From the IMG/VR virus record IMGVR_UViG_3300009068_000072, positions 1 to 41,460 of that record: a DNA stretch of 41,460 nt. One strand, 5' to 3'. Of the stretch, positions 9,489-19,636 are shown one piece after another. Source of the stretch: a virus (Duplodnaviria; Caudoviricetes). Numbering within the stretch: the stretch's first letter is position 1; each line of letters opens with the position of its first letter. The notes below the pieces were generated by a model. That model did not search any database, had not been told where the DNA came from, and saw nothing but the letters and a program-made list of their open reading frames with translations. Position numbers and translations under genes: made by a program.

Positions 9489-10328
9489 TTAACACCTTGG
9501 ATAGCGTATATTACTTAAGGTAAAGTCTACAAAGGCTGGAAATACTTGAGTATTTCTTGGATTAAAATTAGCAAATATTTTGCTAATATTGACTTCTGTG
9601 ATGTAAAAAGCGTCATTAGATAGATTAATGCCAGATGTTAACGTATTATAGTTAAAGTATCCACTATTTAATGAACCAAAATTATTAAATGGAGGAGGAT
9701 TAATTAATGGCACATATCTTCTTGCGGTATCTTTTAATATACTGCAAACTGCATCTAAATTAAACATATTATCGGCTAAAACTACAGCCCTAACTTCTAG
9801 CATGGTCTGATCTTGGCCTCCAAGGGCAAATGGTTCATTAATGCCACCATTATTTTTAAGGAATATGCAAGGATAAGTTATGGATTCAAGGGCTAATCCA
9901 GTTGCAGTTTGAGTAGTTTTGGGTCTAATTTTATACTCTGTTTCAAATAGTAGTTCTTCTTCTGGTTGATTTGTTAAATATATATTGAAATCTTTAACAG
10001 CATAAGTTCCACTTAATGTTTTGCCAGCTTGACTTCCAGTGAAATATACTTGGCCTTGATTAGGGTTAATACCAGTTAAACCACTTTGACCAACTTTAAT
10101 AAATGAATTATTAACATAAACTCCAGATAATAAATTAGCGCCACTTATAGAACTATCACTTACTACTTGTTTAAATGGTAATCCATAACTATAAAAACCA
10201 TTATAAATATTTGTAATAGGATAAAATTGACTATTAAAATTTTGAAAAGCTTCGCCTTTTTTGAGTAAGATATTATCCATCCACATTATCATACTTGACA
10301 TTAAAATATTATCTAATTGGATTTTCAT
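9489..10328 (-). CDS. Putative tail completion/terminator protein
   Basis: 279 aa directly upstream of tail tube; YPCIFL and beta-strand pattern; synteny. Confidence 0.45.
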   Translation of the reverse strand: MKIQLDNILMSSMIMWMDNILLKKGEAFQNFNSQFYPITNIYNGFYSYGLPFKQVVSDSSISGANLLSGVYVNNSFIKVGQSGLTGINPNQGQVYFTGSQAGKTLSGTYAVKDFNIYLTNQPEEELLFETEYKIRPKTTQTATGLALESITYPCIFLKNNGGINEPFALGGQDQTMLEVRAVVLADNMFNLDAVCSILKDTARRYVPLINPPPFNNFGSLNSGYFNYNTLTSGINLSNDAFYITEVNISKIFANFNPRNTQVFPAFVDFTLSNIRYPRC

Positions 10329-10891
10329 GGCTTTATACTATTTACAAAATTTTTAATGATTTCTGACATATATCTTACTTTTTTAAATGTAGAACCTCTA
10401 ACTTTATTTTCTACTTGAAGTGCTTCTCCAGAGCGACCTTTTAAGAATTTTTTGTATACATAGTATCCAAAACCAGATATGCCTCTTTCTACGCCAGTAG
10501 CCCAACTTCTGCCACCTTCCCAAGGCATAGGAGTTTCTTTTTGAATTGTATCTATATCTGGATAAGAAATTACAAATCTTGTGGATGTTTTGCTATTTTT
10601 TTTCTTTAAATTAAAACTTTTAACTAATAAAGCTTTAAGATCATCTGTTGGATTTTCTCCTGCATAAAAACCAATATAACTAAATAAATTGCCAATTCCA
10701 TTTAAAGTATTTGAAATATTTGATGCATTTGGGCCTTCTGAAATTTCTTTTGTTACAGGATGATCATCAAATTCTTGAAGAAATTTTTCTTTGCTTTCTT
10801 CGTATTGTTCTGTTACAATATCTTGTGCTCTATTTTGAAATCCACCAGTAGATTCTATAGCGGTTTTTACATTAAAATTAACTTTTCCCAT
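10325..10891 (-). CDS. Putative neck/tail completion protein
   Basis: 188-aa basic protein in the head-tail joining block; synteny. Confidence 0.4.
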   Translation of the reverse strand: MGKVNFNVKTAIESTGGFQNRAQDIVTEQYEESKEKFLQEFDDHPVTKEISEGPNASNISNTLNGIGNLFSYIGFYAGENPTDDLKALLVKSFNLKKKNSKTSTRFVISYPDIDTIQKETPMPWEGGRSWATGVERGISGFGYYVYKKFLKGRSGEALQVENKVRGSTFKKVRYMSEIIKNFVNSIKP

Positions 10892-11334
10892 TATCTTGTT
10901 TCCTTTAGAAAGTAAACATAAAATGTATTGTTTTGATAATGTTTAACTATGCTTGTGCTGTAAAGATTAAATGTTTTACCATCAAATGTTATATTTTCTG
11001 TGCGATCTGTGTTGATATAATTTGCGCAATCTGCTTTAACATAAATTTCAACTTGTTGATCTGGAAATTTTAATTTGATTTCTGGATTTTCTTGTAAATT
11101 TTCGCTTACAGAGTATTTAATAACAGCATCAAATGTTTGATTTCTAGGAGTATAAGTATAATCAACAATGTTAGAATTTTCATCATATCCAAGTATTTGA
11201 TTTGTTGTGTTTTGAACAATATTTTTGATTGGTTCTTTGTTTACTGTGATAGATTTTTTAAATGTCTCGAACCATGTATCGGCCGCATCTTCGTACCAAG
11301 TTTGATCTCCTGCGCTTATGAAACTAGTAGCCAT
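10891..11334 (-). CDS. Putative head closure (stopper) protein
   Basis: 147 aa with beta-barrel-like C-terminus (ITFDGKTFNL..FYVYFLKETR); synteny. Confidence 0.5.
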   Translation of the reverse strand: MATSFISAGDQTWYEDAADTWFETFKKSITVNKEPIKNIVQNTTNQILGYDENSNIVDYTYTPRNQTFDAVIKYSVSENLQENPEIKLKFPDQQVEIYVKADCANYINTDRTENITFDGKTFNLYSTSIVKHYQNNTFYVYFLKETR

Positions 11335-11338
11335 AAAA

Positions 11339-11884
11339 TTATTGCATTATGTTGTCGATATTTCTTATAAAATTATTATATGTATAACTTCTTCCGGGAT
11401 CCCCTACGGTATCATCGCCAGCAACTTGAAGAGGACGAGCTTCATTAAGGTTGTAGCTTCTAATAAGAATCTCTAATTCATCACTAATTTGTTTTCTGAA
11501 TTGAGCATAAGTTTTAGCTAATTCGTTCTTATTGATCTTTCTGGCGCTAAATCCATTTTGATTAATTTCAATGAGACTATCAGTGCTAGCTGCACCGAGA
11601 GCGTTTCTTAATAATCTCTCATAAAAATGAATAGCAAAAAGCATTTTAAATATACTTTTTTCTGTATCAGTGAATAATTCGCCACTATTTGGATCAGATG
11701 TGATTTCTAATGTTGTGTCGTCTATATAAAATCTTTTATTAATTGAAATATTTAAGTCCCCAATGTTTGCTCTAAGCCACCAAGCAATTGAAGCTATGCT
11801 CCAATCGGCTGGTTCATTCATTTCGCGATAAAGTTCGTCTGCAACATCAACAAGTTTTACAGGTGTATAAGAATTATTACTCAT
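11339..11884 (-). CDS. Putative head-tail adaptor protein
   Basis: 181 aa helical, first gene of the neck block, GTGTAAT at 11894-11900. Confidence 0.5.
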   Translation of the reverse strand: MSNNSYTPVKLVDVADELYREMNEPADWSIASIAWWLRANIGDLNISINKRFYIDDTTLEITSDPNSGELFTDTEKSIFKMLFAIHFYERLLRNALGAASTDSLIEINQNGFSARKINKNELAKTYAQFRKQISDELEILIRSYNLNEARPLQVAGDDTVGDPGRSYTYNNFIRNIDNIMQ

Positions 11885-11917
11885 ATAATAGATATTACAC
11901 TATATAATAATGATTTT

Positions 11918-12820
11918 TTAGCTCAAATTTAAAAATGGATATAAAAATTGAATAGACCCAGTATTTAAGCCAGAACCATCATCAAGATAACTATTATTTT
12001 CACAAAAGCATAGTCTAAGGGTACAGGTCTGTGCTTTACCAATAGCTCCATCGTCTTGTGGAGTATCTACAAATGTTGGAATTTCTACTCTATAGGTTAA
12101 AAATTGCCATTGATTAAATACTGAACTTTGGTTTATTTCGTCAAGTTTTTTAAACTTAATGAATGCTGACCCAAGCCATTGATTATATGCTTCATAAGTT
12201 TTAGCTACATCATATGTATTAAAATATGTATAAGTAGAATTATTTCCAAGAAGATTAACTCCGCCACCATGTATTATTGAGTAATTTAAATAGGTATTAG
12301 AGAAAACAGGTGTAACTCTTGAAAAATTTATAGCAATTGCTCCAAAATTTAATGATCTCATTGGGTCATTACTAGTTACTCTATAAAAACATCCAAAATC
12401 AACATAAGTTTGAGTAGTAATTGAAACAGAACTAGCTGTTATAGTATACATACTCCAATCATTAGCAAGATTTGTTGTGCCTATAGGATTTTTTGTAATA
12501 TTTCTTACTCTTGAAACGCCTAATCGTGAGCCAATACCAGCAGCTTTTAAACAATGAATATTTCCTCCTCCAGCTGGTATACTTTCGGCGCTGTCATCTG
12601 ATTTTAAATAATATTTTAAAAATACATTATAATATGGTGAATATTGACCCCAACCATTGGGTGGACTTTCTGTCCATTTAGCTACTCCACCTTCAGTAGG
12701 TAAAACTATAAATTCATTATTAGGATATAAAGAATTGTTATTTCTTATAGATCTAGGAAGATAAGGAAAAGCTTTATTGCTACTTATAAAACCAGAAGAA
12801 GTTGATGGCAAGACTATCAT
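11918..12820 (-). CDS. Hypothetical beta-rich virion or fibre-associated protein
   Basis: 300 aa, ATGA-coupled to the upstream fibre gene; aromatic, beta-strand-rich. Confidence 0.5.
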   Translation of the reverse strand: MIVLPSTSSGFISSNKAFPYLPRSIRNNNSLYPNNEFIVLPTEGGVAKWTESPPNGWGQYSPYYNVFLKYYLKSDDSAESIPAGGGNIHCLKAAGIGSRLGVSRVRNITKNPIGTTNLANDWSMYTITASSVSITTQTYVDFGCFYRVTSNDPMRSLNFGAIAINFSRVTPVFSNTYLNYSIIHGGGVNLLGNNSTYTYFNTYDVAKTYEAYNQWLGSAFIKFKKLDEINQSSVFNQWQFLTYRVEIPTFVDTPQDDGAIGKAQTCTLRLCFCENNSYLDDGSGLNTGSIQFLYPFLNLS

Positions 12821-15474
12821 GTGCTAGTATTTCCATACATTATGTATCCATCATTTCCTGTATGAAGAATTGAAATTGTTGCATATTGAGCTGCTGTTCT
12901 AAATTGATTATTATAACTATTGACTATAACATTAGATCCAATACCAGTAATTAAAATTTGTCCAGAACTAATTTGAATTATTGAAGTATTAAATCCTATT
13001 GGATTGCCACTAACAATTGATCCAGTTATTATAGTTGGTGAATTAGCAAGGATTACTCTACTATTTTGAGCTCCTGTTATATTAAAGTTTGCTGAAACAT
13101 TTAAAAGATCTGGAGTAGCATTAATTAATTTAGAATTATTTAAATCTAAACCAGAAGCAAAAGTTCCAGAACCATTTGTTATAAGATTTCCAGTAATATT
13201 TAAATTTCCTGTAATATTTAGATTTCCACTTATTGTTTGATTTAGTGTGTTTCTAGTAACATAAAGTGCTGGAGTTACTCCTACTCCACTAATATAAAGT
13301 CCAAATCCTCCATCATTTGCTCCAGCTGGATTAAGAAGTGAGACTTCGCTATTAGTAATAGTTAATGCTTGATACACCGATGGACTTCCAAAAAATATTC
13401 CCGTTTTACCAATACCAATAGTTTTTGAGTTTAATGCCGATGTTTGTGAGTTATTTAAATAAATATTTCCATTTAAATTTATATTTCCCTCATTTTTTGG
13501 TCCACCAGCATTTAAATTAATAGCTCCATAAGTTGAACTTCCAACTGCTACTCCTGTACCTGCTGTTAAATTTATATTACCAGCTAAAAGAATACTTGCA
13601 TTTAGTGCATTATCATTTGTTGCAATTAAATTTAAACTATCTGGAGTACTACCTTGAAATCCTGAGATTGTTCTTATAGATAATACTGATGAACTTGTAA
13701 ATGATTTATTACCATTTATTGTTTGATTTCCAGTAGTGAATACAATGTTGCTAGATGAGGAATTTATATAACCACTTACATTGTTAATTTTTGTATTAAG
13801 ATTAGAACCAGTTAAAGCAAGATTAATTTTTGTTGCATATGAGGTTAAATCTACTCCAGTTAGTACTGCATTTCCATTTACAAAAAGTCCACTAGTAAAA
13901 TTACCACTTCCATAAACTGTAAAATTATTACCAGAAATAACTAAAAAGTCACCTTGCGCCGAGTCGCCAAATGTTGTATCTTGTATGAAGGTTTTAGTTC
14001 CAGAGATAGTTTGATTTCCAGTTGTAAAAACAATATTACTAGAAGTTGAATTGATGTAGCCACTTAAATTATTAATTCTTGTATTTAAAGTAGAGCCAGT
14101 AGAAGCAAGATTAGCAGCAGACGCGCTCCATCCACTGAGAGAATTTATTTTGCTATCTAATGTAGAACCTGTAGAAGCTAAATTAATTGCTGAAGCAGAC
14201 CATCCGCTTAGTGAGTTGACTTTATTATCTAAAGTAGAACCCGTAGAAAATAAATTTGTTATTGTAGCATAATTAGATGTTAAATTTCCACTTAATGAGT
14301 TTACTTTATTATCTAATGTTGATCCTGTCAAGGCAAGGTTCGATATTGTAGAATAAGTAGAAGTTAGATTACCGCTTAAGCTATTTATTTTATTATCTAA
14401 TGTACTGCCAGTAGTTCTTAAATTATTAGAAATAGCTGTATCTTGAGAATCAATATAACCACTTAAAGTATTTATTTTTGAGTTAAGAGTTGAACCTGTT
14501 AAAGCGAGATTTGCGCTAGTAACAAAAGATCCAGTAAGACCTGTAACGAAACCACTTAAATTATTAATTTTTGTATCGAGTGTAGATCCAGTAGTCGCTA
14601 AATTTATTGCTGTTGCATAGAGAGATAAATTACCAGTAATTAATATATTTCCACTAACAACTGGTGCAACATCAAAAGTTTTAATTCCACTTATGGTTTG
14701 TATTCCAGTCGTATAAACAATTGTTGTAGGTAAAGTTATAGCAGAAGCTTCACCACTTAATAAAACTCCAGTACCATTTACTGTCGGACGAGATGCAAAT
14801 GTTTTTATACCGCTTATAGTTTGGTCACCAGTTGTATAGACGATAGTGGTTGGTAGTGATCCTCCAGCAGAAATTCCAGAAACATATCCACTTAAATTAT
14901 CAATTTTTGTATTTAAATTAGATCCTGTATTAAATAAATTAGTAATTAATGTAGCGCCAGTAGAAGTTAAATTAACTGCTGACGCACTCCATCCACTTAA
15001 CGAATTAATTTTTGAATCTAAAGTCGAACCAGTTGTATAAAGATTTGTTGTTGATGCACTCCAACCACTGAGAGAATTTATTTTAGTATCTAATGTTGAT
15101 CCAGTTGAATTTAAATTGATAACTGTTGCATAAAGGGCTAAATTTCCAGAAATAAATCCACTAGGATTATTAATAGAATAATATCTAAGATCTAATTGTC
15201 CTGTATTTACAACTCCGCTTGGTCCTTGAGGTCCTACTGCGCCACTTGGACCAGTTGCCCCACTTGGTCCGATTGCGCCACTTGGCCCTACAGGTCCAGC
15301 TGGTCCTTGTGGACCGGGAATATAAACATTAGCAGCTAAATCGTAAGTTGGAGAAACTGTATCGCTAGTTAAAACAGAAGGCAAACTAACATTTGATGAT
15401 ACTTGTTGAGTTGGTGAACTAACACCTACATCAATTGCATTTGGCAAATTTACATCAACAGTAATATCTGCCAT
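12817..15474 (-). CDS. Collagen- and repeat-containing fibre protein
   Basis: Gly-X-Y run (GPQGPAGPVGPSGAIGPSGATGPSGAVGPQGPSG), 11 copies of TGS[TN]LxxK[IV]xxLSG-like repeat, 4 copies of IV[YF]TTGxQTIxGxK[TS]F, C-terminal small beta domain. Confidence 0.8.
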   Translation of the reverse strand: MADITVDVNLPNAIDVGVSSPTQQVSSNVSLPSVLTSDTVSPTYDLAANVYIPGPQGPAGPVGPSGAIGPSGATGPSGAVGPQGPSGVVNTGQLDLRYYSINNPSGFISGNLALYATVINLNSTGSTLDTKINSLSGWSASTTNLYTTGSTLDSKINSLSGWSASAVNLTSTGATLITNLFNTGSNLNTKIDNLSGYVSGISAGGSLPTTIVYTTGDQTISGIKTFASRPTVNGTGVLLSGEASAITLPTTIVYTTGIQTISGIKTFDVAPVVSGNILITGNLSLYATAINLATTGSTLDTKINNLSGFVTGLTGSFVTSANLALTGSTLNSKINTLSGYIDSQDTAISNNLRTTGSTLDNKINSLSGNLTSTYSTISNLALTGSTLDNKVNSLSGNLTSNYATITNLFSTGSTLDNKVNSLSGWSASAINLASTGSTLDSKINSLSGWSASAANLASTGSTLNTRINNLSGYINSTSSNIVFTTGNQTISGTKTFIQDTTFGDSAQGDFLVISGNNFTVYGSGNFTSGLFVNGNAVLTGVDLTSYATKINLALTGSNLNTKINNVSGYINSSSSNIVFTTGNQTINGNKSFTSSSVLSIRTISGFQGSTPDSLNLIATNDNALNASILLAGNINLTAGTGVAVGSSTYGAINLNAGGPKNEGNINLNGNIYLNNSQTSALNSKTIGIGKTGIFFGSPSVYQALTITNSEVSLLNPAGANDGGFGLYISGVGVTPALYVTRNTLNQTISGNLNITGNLNITGNLITNGSGTFASGLDLNNSKLINATPDLLNVSANFNITGAQNSRVILANSPTIITGSIVSGNPIGFNTSIIQISSGQILITGIGSNVIVNSYNNQFRTAAQYATISILHTGNDGYIMYGNTST

Positions 15475-15478
15475 AAAA

Positions 15479-15823
15479 TTATCTCGTTACTTCTGGTAGG
15501 ATTGAAAATTTTCCCATTAATAGTTTAATGCTGTTTCCTGATATATTTCCAGAAGGATATCTTTCTATATCATAAACATATTCATTAACTGGTGTTGCAG
15601 CACTTCCTGTAGAAGGAATATTAATAGCTATTACGCCAGAAATATTACTTGTTATATTTGGTTGTAAATCTAAAATAATTATATCAGAACCGTAACTTGC
15701 TCTTACTTGACCGCGAACTTCGTAACCACTTAAATTAATTGCTGAACCAGTAGCATCTTTAATATTAAGAGTTAATTGTATGTAGTCGCCTTGAATTCCA
15801 CTAATGTTATAACGTGTAGCCAT
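15479..15823 (-). CDS. Small Ig-like fibre adaptor (BppU-N / T5 p132-like)
   Basis: Pattern QGD..LTLNIKD..GSAINLSGY..RGQVR..YVYDIE..KLL.GKFSI.PEVTR, typical of adaptors preceding fibres; GTGTAAT at 15831-15837. Confidence 0.6.
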   Translation of the reverse strand: MATRYNISGIQGDYIQLTLNIKDATGSAINLSGYEVRGQVRASYGSDIIILDLQPNITSNISGVIAINIPSTGSAATPVNEYVYDIERYPSGNISGNSIKLLMGKFSILPEVTR

Positions 15824-15871
15824 ATGAAATATTACACGGCTACACTTTTATAGCGAATTAATTTTTAAATT

Positions 15872-16216
15872 TTATCGTCCTTCTGAAAGAATATCTTTAG
15901 CAGCTTTTGAAGCTGGTTTATTATTTTTAGAATCTGGTCTAACTAAATATTGAGCAGCGTACTTAAGAAATTCTTGCTTTAATCTTTTTGTAAGAGTTTG
16001 ACGATCATCAACTGGAATTAATCCAATTTTAATTGCATGAGCTTGAAGATCAGTTTTTACTAATCCTTTGAGATAAGTATCATATTCCACTGGATCAAGA
16101 GTTCCATACTTTCTTTTACCATCATCTCCCCAAATTTGGTCCAATGAAATTTTACGATGTTCTACTTTGCCGTGAGTTTGGCTAAGATTATCTAATGCTG
16201 ATTTTTTACGTGGCAT
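15872..16216 (-). CDS. Hypothetical basic protein
   Basis: 114 aa, with SD AGGAG and upstream TGATATAAT extended -10-like sequence. Confidence 0.7.
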   Translation of the reverse strand: MPRKKSALDNLSQTHGKVEHRKISLDQIWGDDGKRKYGTLDPVEYDTYLKGLVKTDLQAHAIKIGLIPVDDRQTLTKRLKQEFLKYAAQYLVRPDSKNNKPASKAAKDILSEGR

Positions 16217-16269
16217 AATATGTTATTCTCCTATTTAATAGATTATATCATAAAACTATAAAGATGTCT

Positions 16270-16308
16270 AAAAAAAGAAAACCCACGGACTATTAATCCG
16301 TGGGCTTT
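16270..16308 (-). terminator. Rho-independent terminator after major capsid gene
   Basis: Stem CCCACGGA/TCCGTGGG (16282-16304) followed by T-runs on the minus strand. Confidence 0.85.
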
Positions 16309-16332
16309 CAAATTGTATAGTATTATCTTCTA

Positions 16333-17409
16333 TTAGTTAATAGCTACACCATGAACTGCACGAGAATCAACGCAAACGCGTCCTTCTTCTAGGAATCCGT
16401 AGAATCCGATTTTCTCGGATCTAGCTGCGAATTGATCATCTGGAAGAGCGGTGAATGTGCCACCGGATTCTGCTTGACGAGCTACTGGGCGAACAAATGA
16501 ATCCTTGGTTAGATCCAAGCCTACAATTAGTTCGTCTGAGCTAGCTGTGAATTGACCAGCATAAAACTCTTTAAAGAGTGTGTTATACTTTTGATTTGGT
16601 CCTAGCTCAATTAGATCATGAATAGCAACTCCATAAATCTCTTGAGTTCCAGCATTGCGATAGATATCTTCGCGTACTGCATCTGGTAGATTTGTTAGTA
16701 CATTATTTGCTGGCAATGTACTGGAGCTAGTTGTGATACTAACTGGTTGGTAAGCAAAAGAACGGATATCTTCTTTAACCTCGGGACTAACGAAGAGATC
16801 TGTCAAACCGTATGCATCTGTGGTTGTGCCACCAGCATAAGATCTGTTAATTCTTTTGACTTGTGTCATAAGACGATTTAAAACGTCTAATGTAAATGTA
16901 ACTGTTGTTTCATTTGCATCAAGAACGTTTCCACTTTCAGCAAGTGTTTTTAGAACTACTGCCCAAGCATTGCGTTCTTGTTTTACGAGAACTTCGTTGG
17001 CCATACGCTCTACAGCTTTACTAACTACATCGAGACGACCACGACGAGCATAACGCTTTAGGAAGCTGACAGCACTATCCAAACGATAGGTTGCAACTTT
17101 CATTTCTGAGAATCCTTCAACTGTTGAAGTTGGAAGACCACCAGCTACGTTTTGACTCCATGTGGTAACATAACCTTCACCACCATCAAACCATAGGTCA
17201 AGTGGGATAGAAGGACGATCATCTTCGTCGTAAGGAAGATCAGTATAGATTGCAGAGGCGGTTGCGGCTTGCATTAGAACCTTGGCTACGACTGGTCCTA
17301 GGAAAGCGGCGAAAGCTTGATTAGCTTCTGCGGCAACTGTGTTGTCACGGCTGCCCATAGCTTTTACAAGTTCGATTTGCTCTGCTGTGTTTTTGAGTTT
17401 TAATTTCAT
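16333..17409 (-). CDS. Major capsid protein (probable HK97 fold)
   Basis: 358 aa, follows protease/scaffold and decoration genes; SD AAAGGAG; own terminator; C-terminal KIGFYGFLEEGRVCVDSRAVHG fits the HK97-fold end pattern. Confidence 0.85.
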   Translation of the reverse strand: MKLKLKNTAEQIELVKAMGSRDNTVAAEANQAFAAFLGPVVAKVLMQAATASAIYTDLPYDEDDRPSIPLDLWFDGGEGYVTTWSQNVAGGLPTSTVEGFSEMKVATYRLDSAVSFLKRYARRGRLDVVSKAVERMANEVLVKQERNAWAVVLKTLAESGNVLDANETTVTFTLDVLNRLMTQVKRINRSYAGGTTTDAYGLTDLFVSPEVKEDIRSFAYQPVSITTSSSTLPANNVLTNLPDAVREDIYRNAGTQEIYGVAIHDLIELGPNQKYNTLFKEFYAGQFTASSDELIVGLDLTKDSFVRPVARQAESGGTFTALPDDQFAARSEKIGFYGFLEEGRVCVDSRAVHGVAIN

Positions 17410-17432
17410 GTTAAGTTTTCTCCTTTACGAAA

Positions 17433-18035
17433 TTAGAGCATGATCTTGATAAGAGCAGTGTTAGCTACTGCGTTACCAAGGAATTTGCCAACTACAACTT
17501 CAGGGTTAGTTGCTGTAGATCTAGCTAAATTAGCTGCTACAGAAATATTAGCGAGATCGCCAATAGTTCCACTAACTACTGCAACTTGTCCTGCTGTTGC
17601 GTTTGTAATTGAAGTACCACTATAAAGTATTACGCCACGAGTTAGAACTGGTACGGCTTGTCCAGAAACAACTACGTTCATTTCAGCGGCTTTACGTGGG
17701 TTGAAAATTAGCTTCTCACCATTTTCATCAAGTTCACGAACGTCTAGGAGGGTTATTCCAAGAACGTCACCAGAAGTAGCAATAGTTACTTTTGGTCTTA
17801 CGCCGAATCTTTGTGAATTAGATAGTGGGAATGCAGCACCAACATTTCCTAAAAAGTCAGTTGGTTGATTTGCACTGGAACTTGTTGGTCCAGTAGTGAA
17901 TCCTTCAGCAGATAGTTTAACAGCTAATCCTCTTGTTGCCATAACAGCAGCGCTTTCAGCGGCTCCGCTGAATGCAAAAAGGTTAAGCACTTCGTGCTCA
18001 CTGTAATCTCTGAATGGTCTTAGTGTATGTGCCAT
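17433..18035 (-). CDS. Capsid decoration/stabilisation protein
   Basis: 200 aa, Ala/Gly/Val/Thr-rich, between scaffold and MCP; SD TAAGGAG. Confidence 0.65.
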   Translation of the reverse strand: MAHTLRPFRDYSEHEVLNLFAFSGAAESAAVMATRGLAVKLSAEGFTTGPTSSSANQPTDFLGNVGAAFPLSNSQRFGVRPKVTIATSGDVLGITLLDVRELDENGEKLIFNPRKAAEMNVVVSGQAVPVLTRGVILYSGTSITNATAGQVAVVSGTIGDLANISVAANLARSTATNPEVVVGKFLGNAVANTALIKIML

Positions 18036-18051
18036 ATGATTATCTCCTTAT

Positions 18052-18726
18052 TTATTTAATCAATTCAAATCCGTCTAATCCGAAAGCTGCTGCGTACTTT
18101 TCTTTTACGCTTGGCTGACTGATTGGGGCGGAATTTGGAATTTCAATTGAAGCTTTTGATCCATTATCAACAGCTTGTTCGACAACCTCTTGGGTTGTAG
18201 AAATTTCTTGCGCAACTGGTTGTGCGACTTCTTCAGAAGCTTTAACTACTTGTGCGTCTGAATGATCTTTCATCTCTTTGTCCATTTTTGCTTTTTTCAT
18301 GGCTTTATTTTTTTCTTTCATAAGAACAGACATTTTGTTCTTATAAGCAGAGAAAGCATCTTCAGTTAAATCTTTGAGGTCAGAAGCAAGAACTTTACGA
18401 TCTTCATCGCTGAGATCAAATTCTTCATCAAAAGATGCCATTCTTAGATTAAAGGCTTCTTCTTTTGCTTTTGCTTCTTTTTCGGCTTCGATAGTTGCTA
18501 ACTTTTGACCAAGTTCTTCAACTTGTTTTTTAACTGCATCATGTTCAGCAGTTACTGTAGCAATTTTTTCGTTAGCAGCTTTGAGTTCATTTTCTTGAGC
18601 AGATTTTTCTGCCAAGAAAGTTTCATTAGCTTTTTTGAGCTCCTCAGCAACAAAGTCAACAATAGAGCTGGCTGTTACTTCTTTAAGGAGACTGTCTGTA
18701 ATATCTTCGATTTTGGTTATTTTCAT
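18052..18726 (-). CDS. Nested in-frame scaffold protein (internal start)
   Basis: In-frame ATG 18726 (MKITKIEDITDSLL) with AGAGAGGA SD 5 nt upstream and ATGTAAA at 18743-18749. Confidence 0.55.
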   Translation of the reverse strand: MKITKIEDITDSLLKEVTASSIVDFVAEELKKANETFLAEKSAQENELKAANEKIATVTAEHDAVKKQVEELGQKLATIEAEKEAKAKEEAFNLRMASFDEEFDLSDEDRKVLASDLKDLTEDAFSAYKNKMSVLMKEKNKAMKKAKMDKEMKDHSDAQVVKASEEVAQPVAQEISTTQEVVEQAVDNGSKASIEIPNSAPISQPSVKEKYAAAFGLDGFELIK

Positions 18727-19632
18727 ATATATCCTCTCTTTTTTTACATCTAAACTTTCCTCTTGGGAAATATTATTTTTTGAAGCTAAAATTGGTTCTT
18801 CAACAATTTCAACCTTTTCTTCCTCTTTTAATTCAATTTCTTCAGAGCTTTTATTGCTTTTTAATTCAATTTTAATAGGCTCTTCTGGAGGTGTTGCGAC
18901 ACCTTGAACATCAGCAGCTGGATTTAATGTAAATCCAACGCCTAGAGGAACAACTTTACCGAAAACTTGTCTATATACTGATTTATCATCACCTAATTTA
19001 CCATTGCCACCAAATCCTCTTAGGTTATCTTTAATCTTTTCTATTTGATTAGCATCAGATACAATGGTACCATTTTCAATATTCTTTTCACCATTATCTA
19101 ATACTACAACATTATAATCATTAAATCCTAATTCCCAACTAGCACTTATACTCATATAATTATCACTTGTTGGATCATTAGATTCTTCAATTTGATCTGC
19201 TAAATCTTTATCAACTACTTTCCAAATAACTCCACCAAGAGTAATATTAAATGGAGTTTTCATAGTTTTAATATCAGCTTCTGCTAGACTCTCATTACTT
19301 CCAAACTTACTAAAACTAGCAGATAATATACAACCAATAACTTGTTTACGGTTATGCTCAATATTAATTGGTTTATTAACAAAATTTTTAGCAATCTTCG
19401 CGGCAGTTTCGCCATCAATAACATCGCCATTTTTATTTACTCTATTAACAACACAAGCATCAAAAGCTACAGGAAGAAGATCAATATTATCTTCTGTGTT
19501 AATATCTGGTAAGAATTTTCTTAATTTATCGAGTGAAGCAACTGATAAATATTTATCTTTTTCTTCACTAACTACTGGACGAATTTTAATATTCGCGAAA
19601 ATTGATTCAAACTTAAATTTTTGTTTTTTCAT
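18052..19632 (-). CDS. Prohead protease fused to coiled-coil scaffold
   Basis: N-terminal NKNGD..KPINIEH..VIG..SASWELGF..GVGFTLNPAA, as in prohead serine proteases; C-terminal Glu/Lys/Ala coiled coil. Confidence 0.75.
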   Translation of the reverse strand: MKKQKFKFESIFANIKIRPVVSEEKDKYLSVASLDKLRKFLPDINTEDNIDLLPVAFDACVVNRVNKNGDVIDGETAAKIAKNFVNKPINIEHNRKQVIGCILSASFSKFGSNESLAEADIKTMKTPFNITLGGVIWKVVDKDLADQIEESNDPTSDNYMSISASWELGFNDYNVVVLDNGEKNIENGTIVSDANQIEKIKDNLRGFGGNGKLGDDKSVYRQVFGKVVPLGVGFTLNPAADVQGVATPPEEPIKIELKSNKSSEEIELKEEEKVEIVEEPILASKNNISQEESLDVKKERIYMKITKIEDITDSLLKEVTASSIVDFVAEELKKANETFLAEKSAQENELKAANEKIATVTAEHDAVKKQVEELGQKLATIEAEKEAKAKEEAFNLRMASFDEEFDLSDEDRKVLASDLKDLTEDAFSAYKNKMSVLMKEKNKAMKKAKMDKEMKDHSDAQVVKASEEVAQPVAQEISTTQEVVEQAVDNGSKASIEIPNSAPISQPSVKEKYAAAFGLDGFELIK

Positions 19633-19636
19633 GATT

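Noticed and set aside
13700-15310. Nucleotide repeats that might be a CRISPR array or DGR template/variable pair
   Set aside because: In-frame degenerate coding repeats of the fibre; no constant repeat-spacer pattern, no adenine-specific variation noticed, no cas or reverse transcriptase gene
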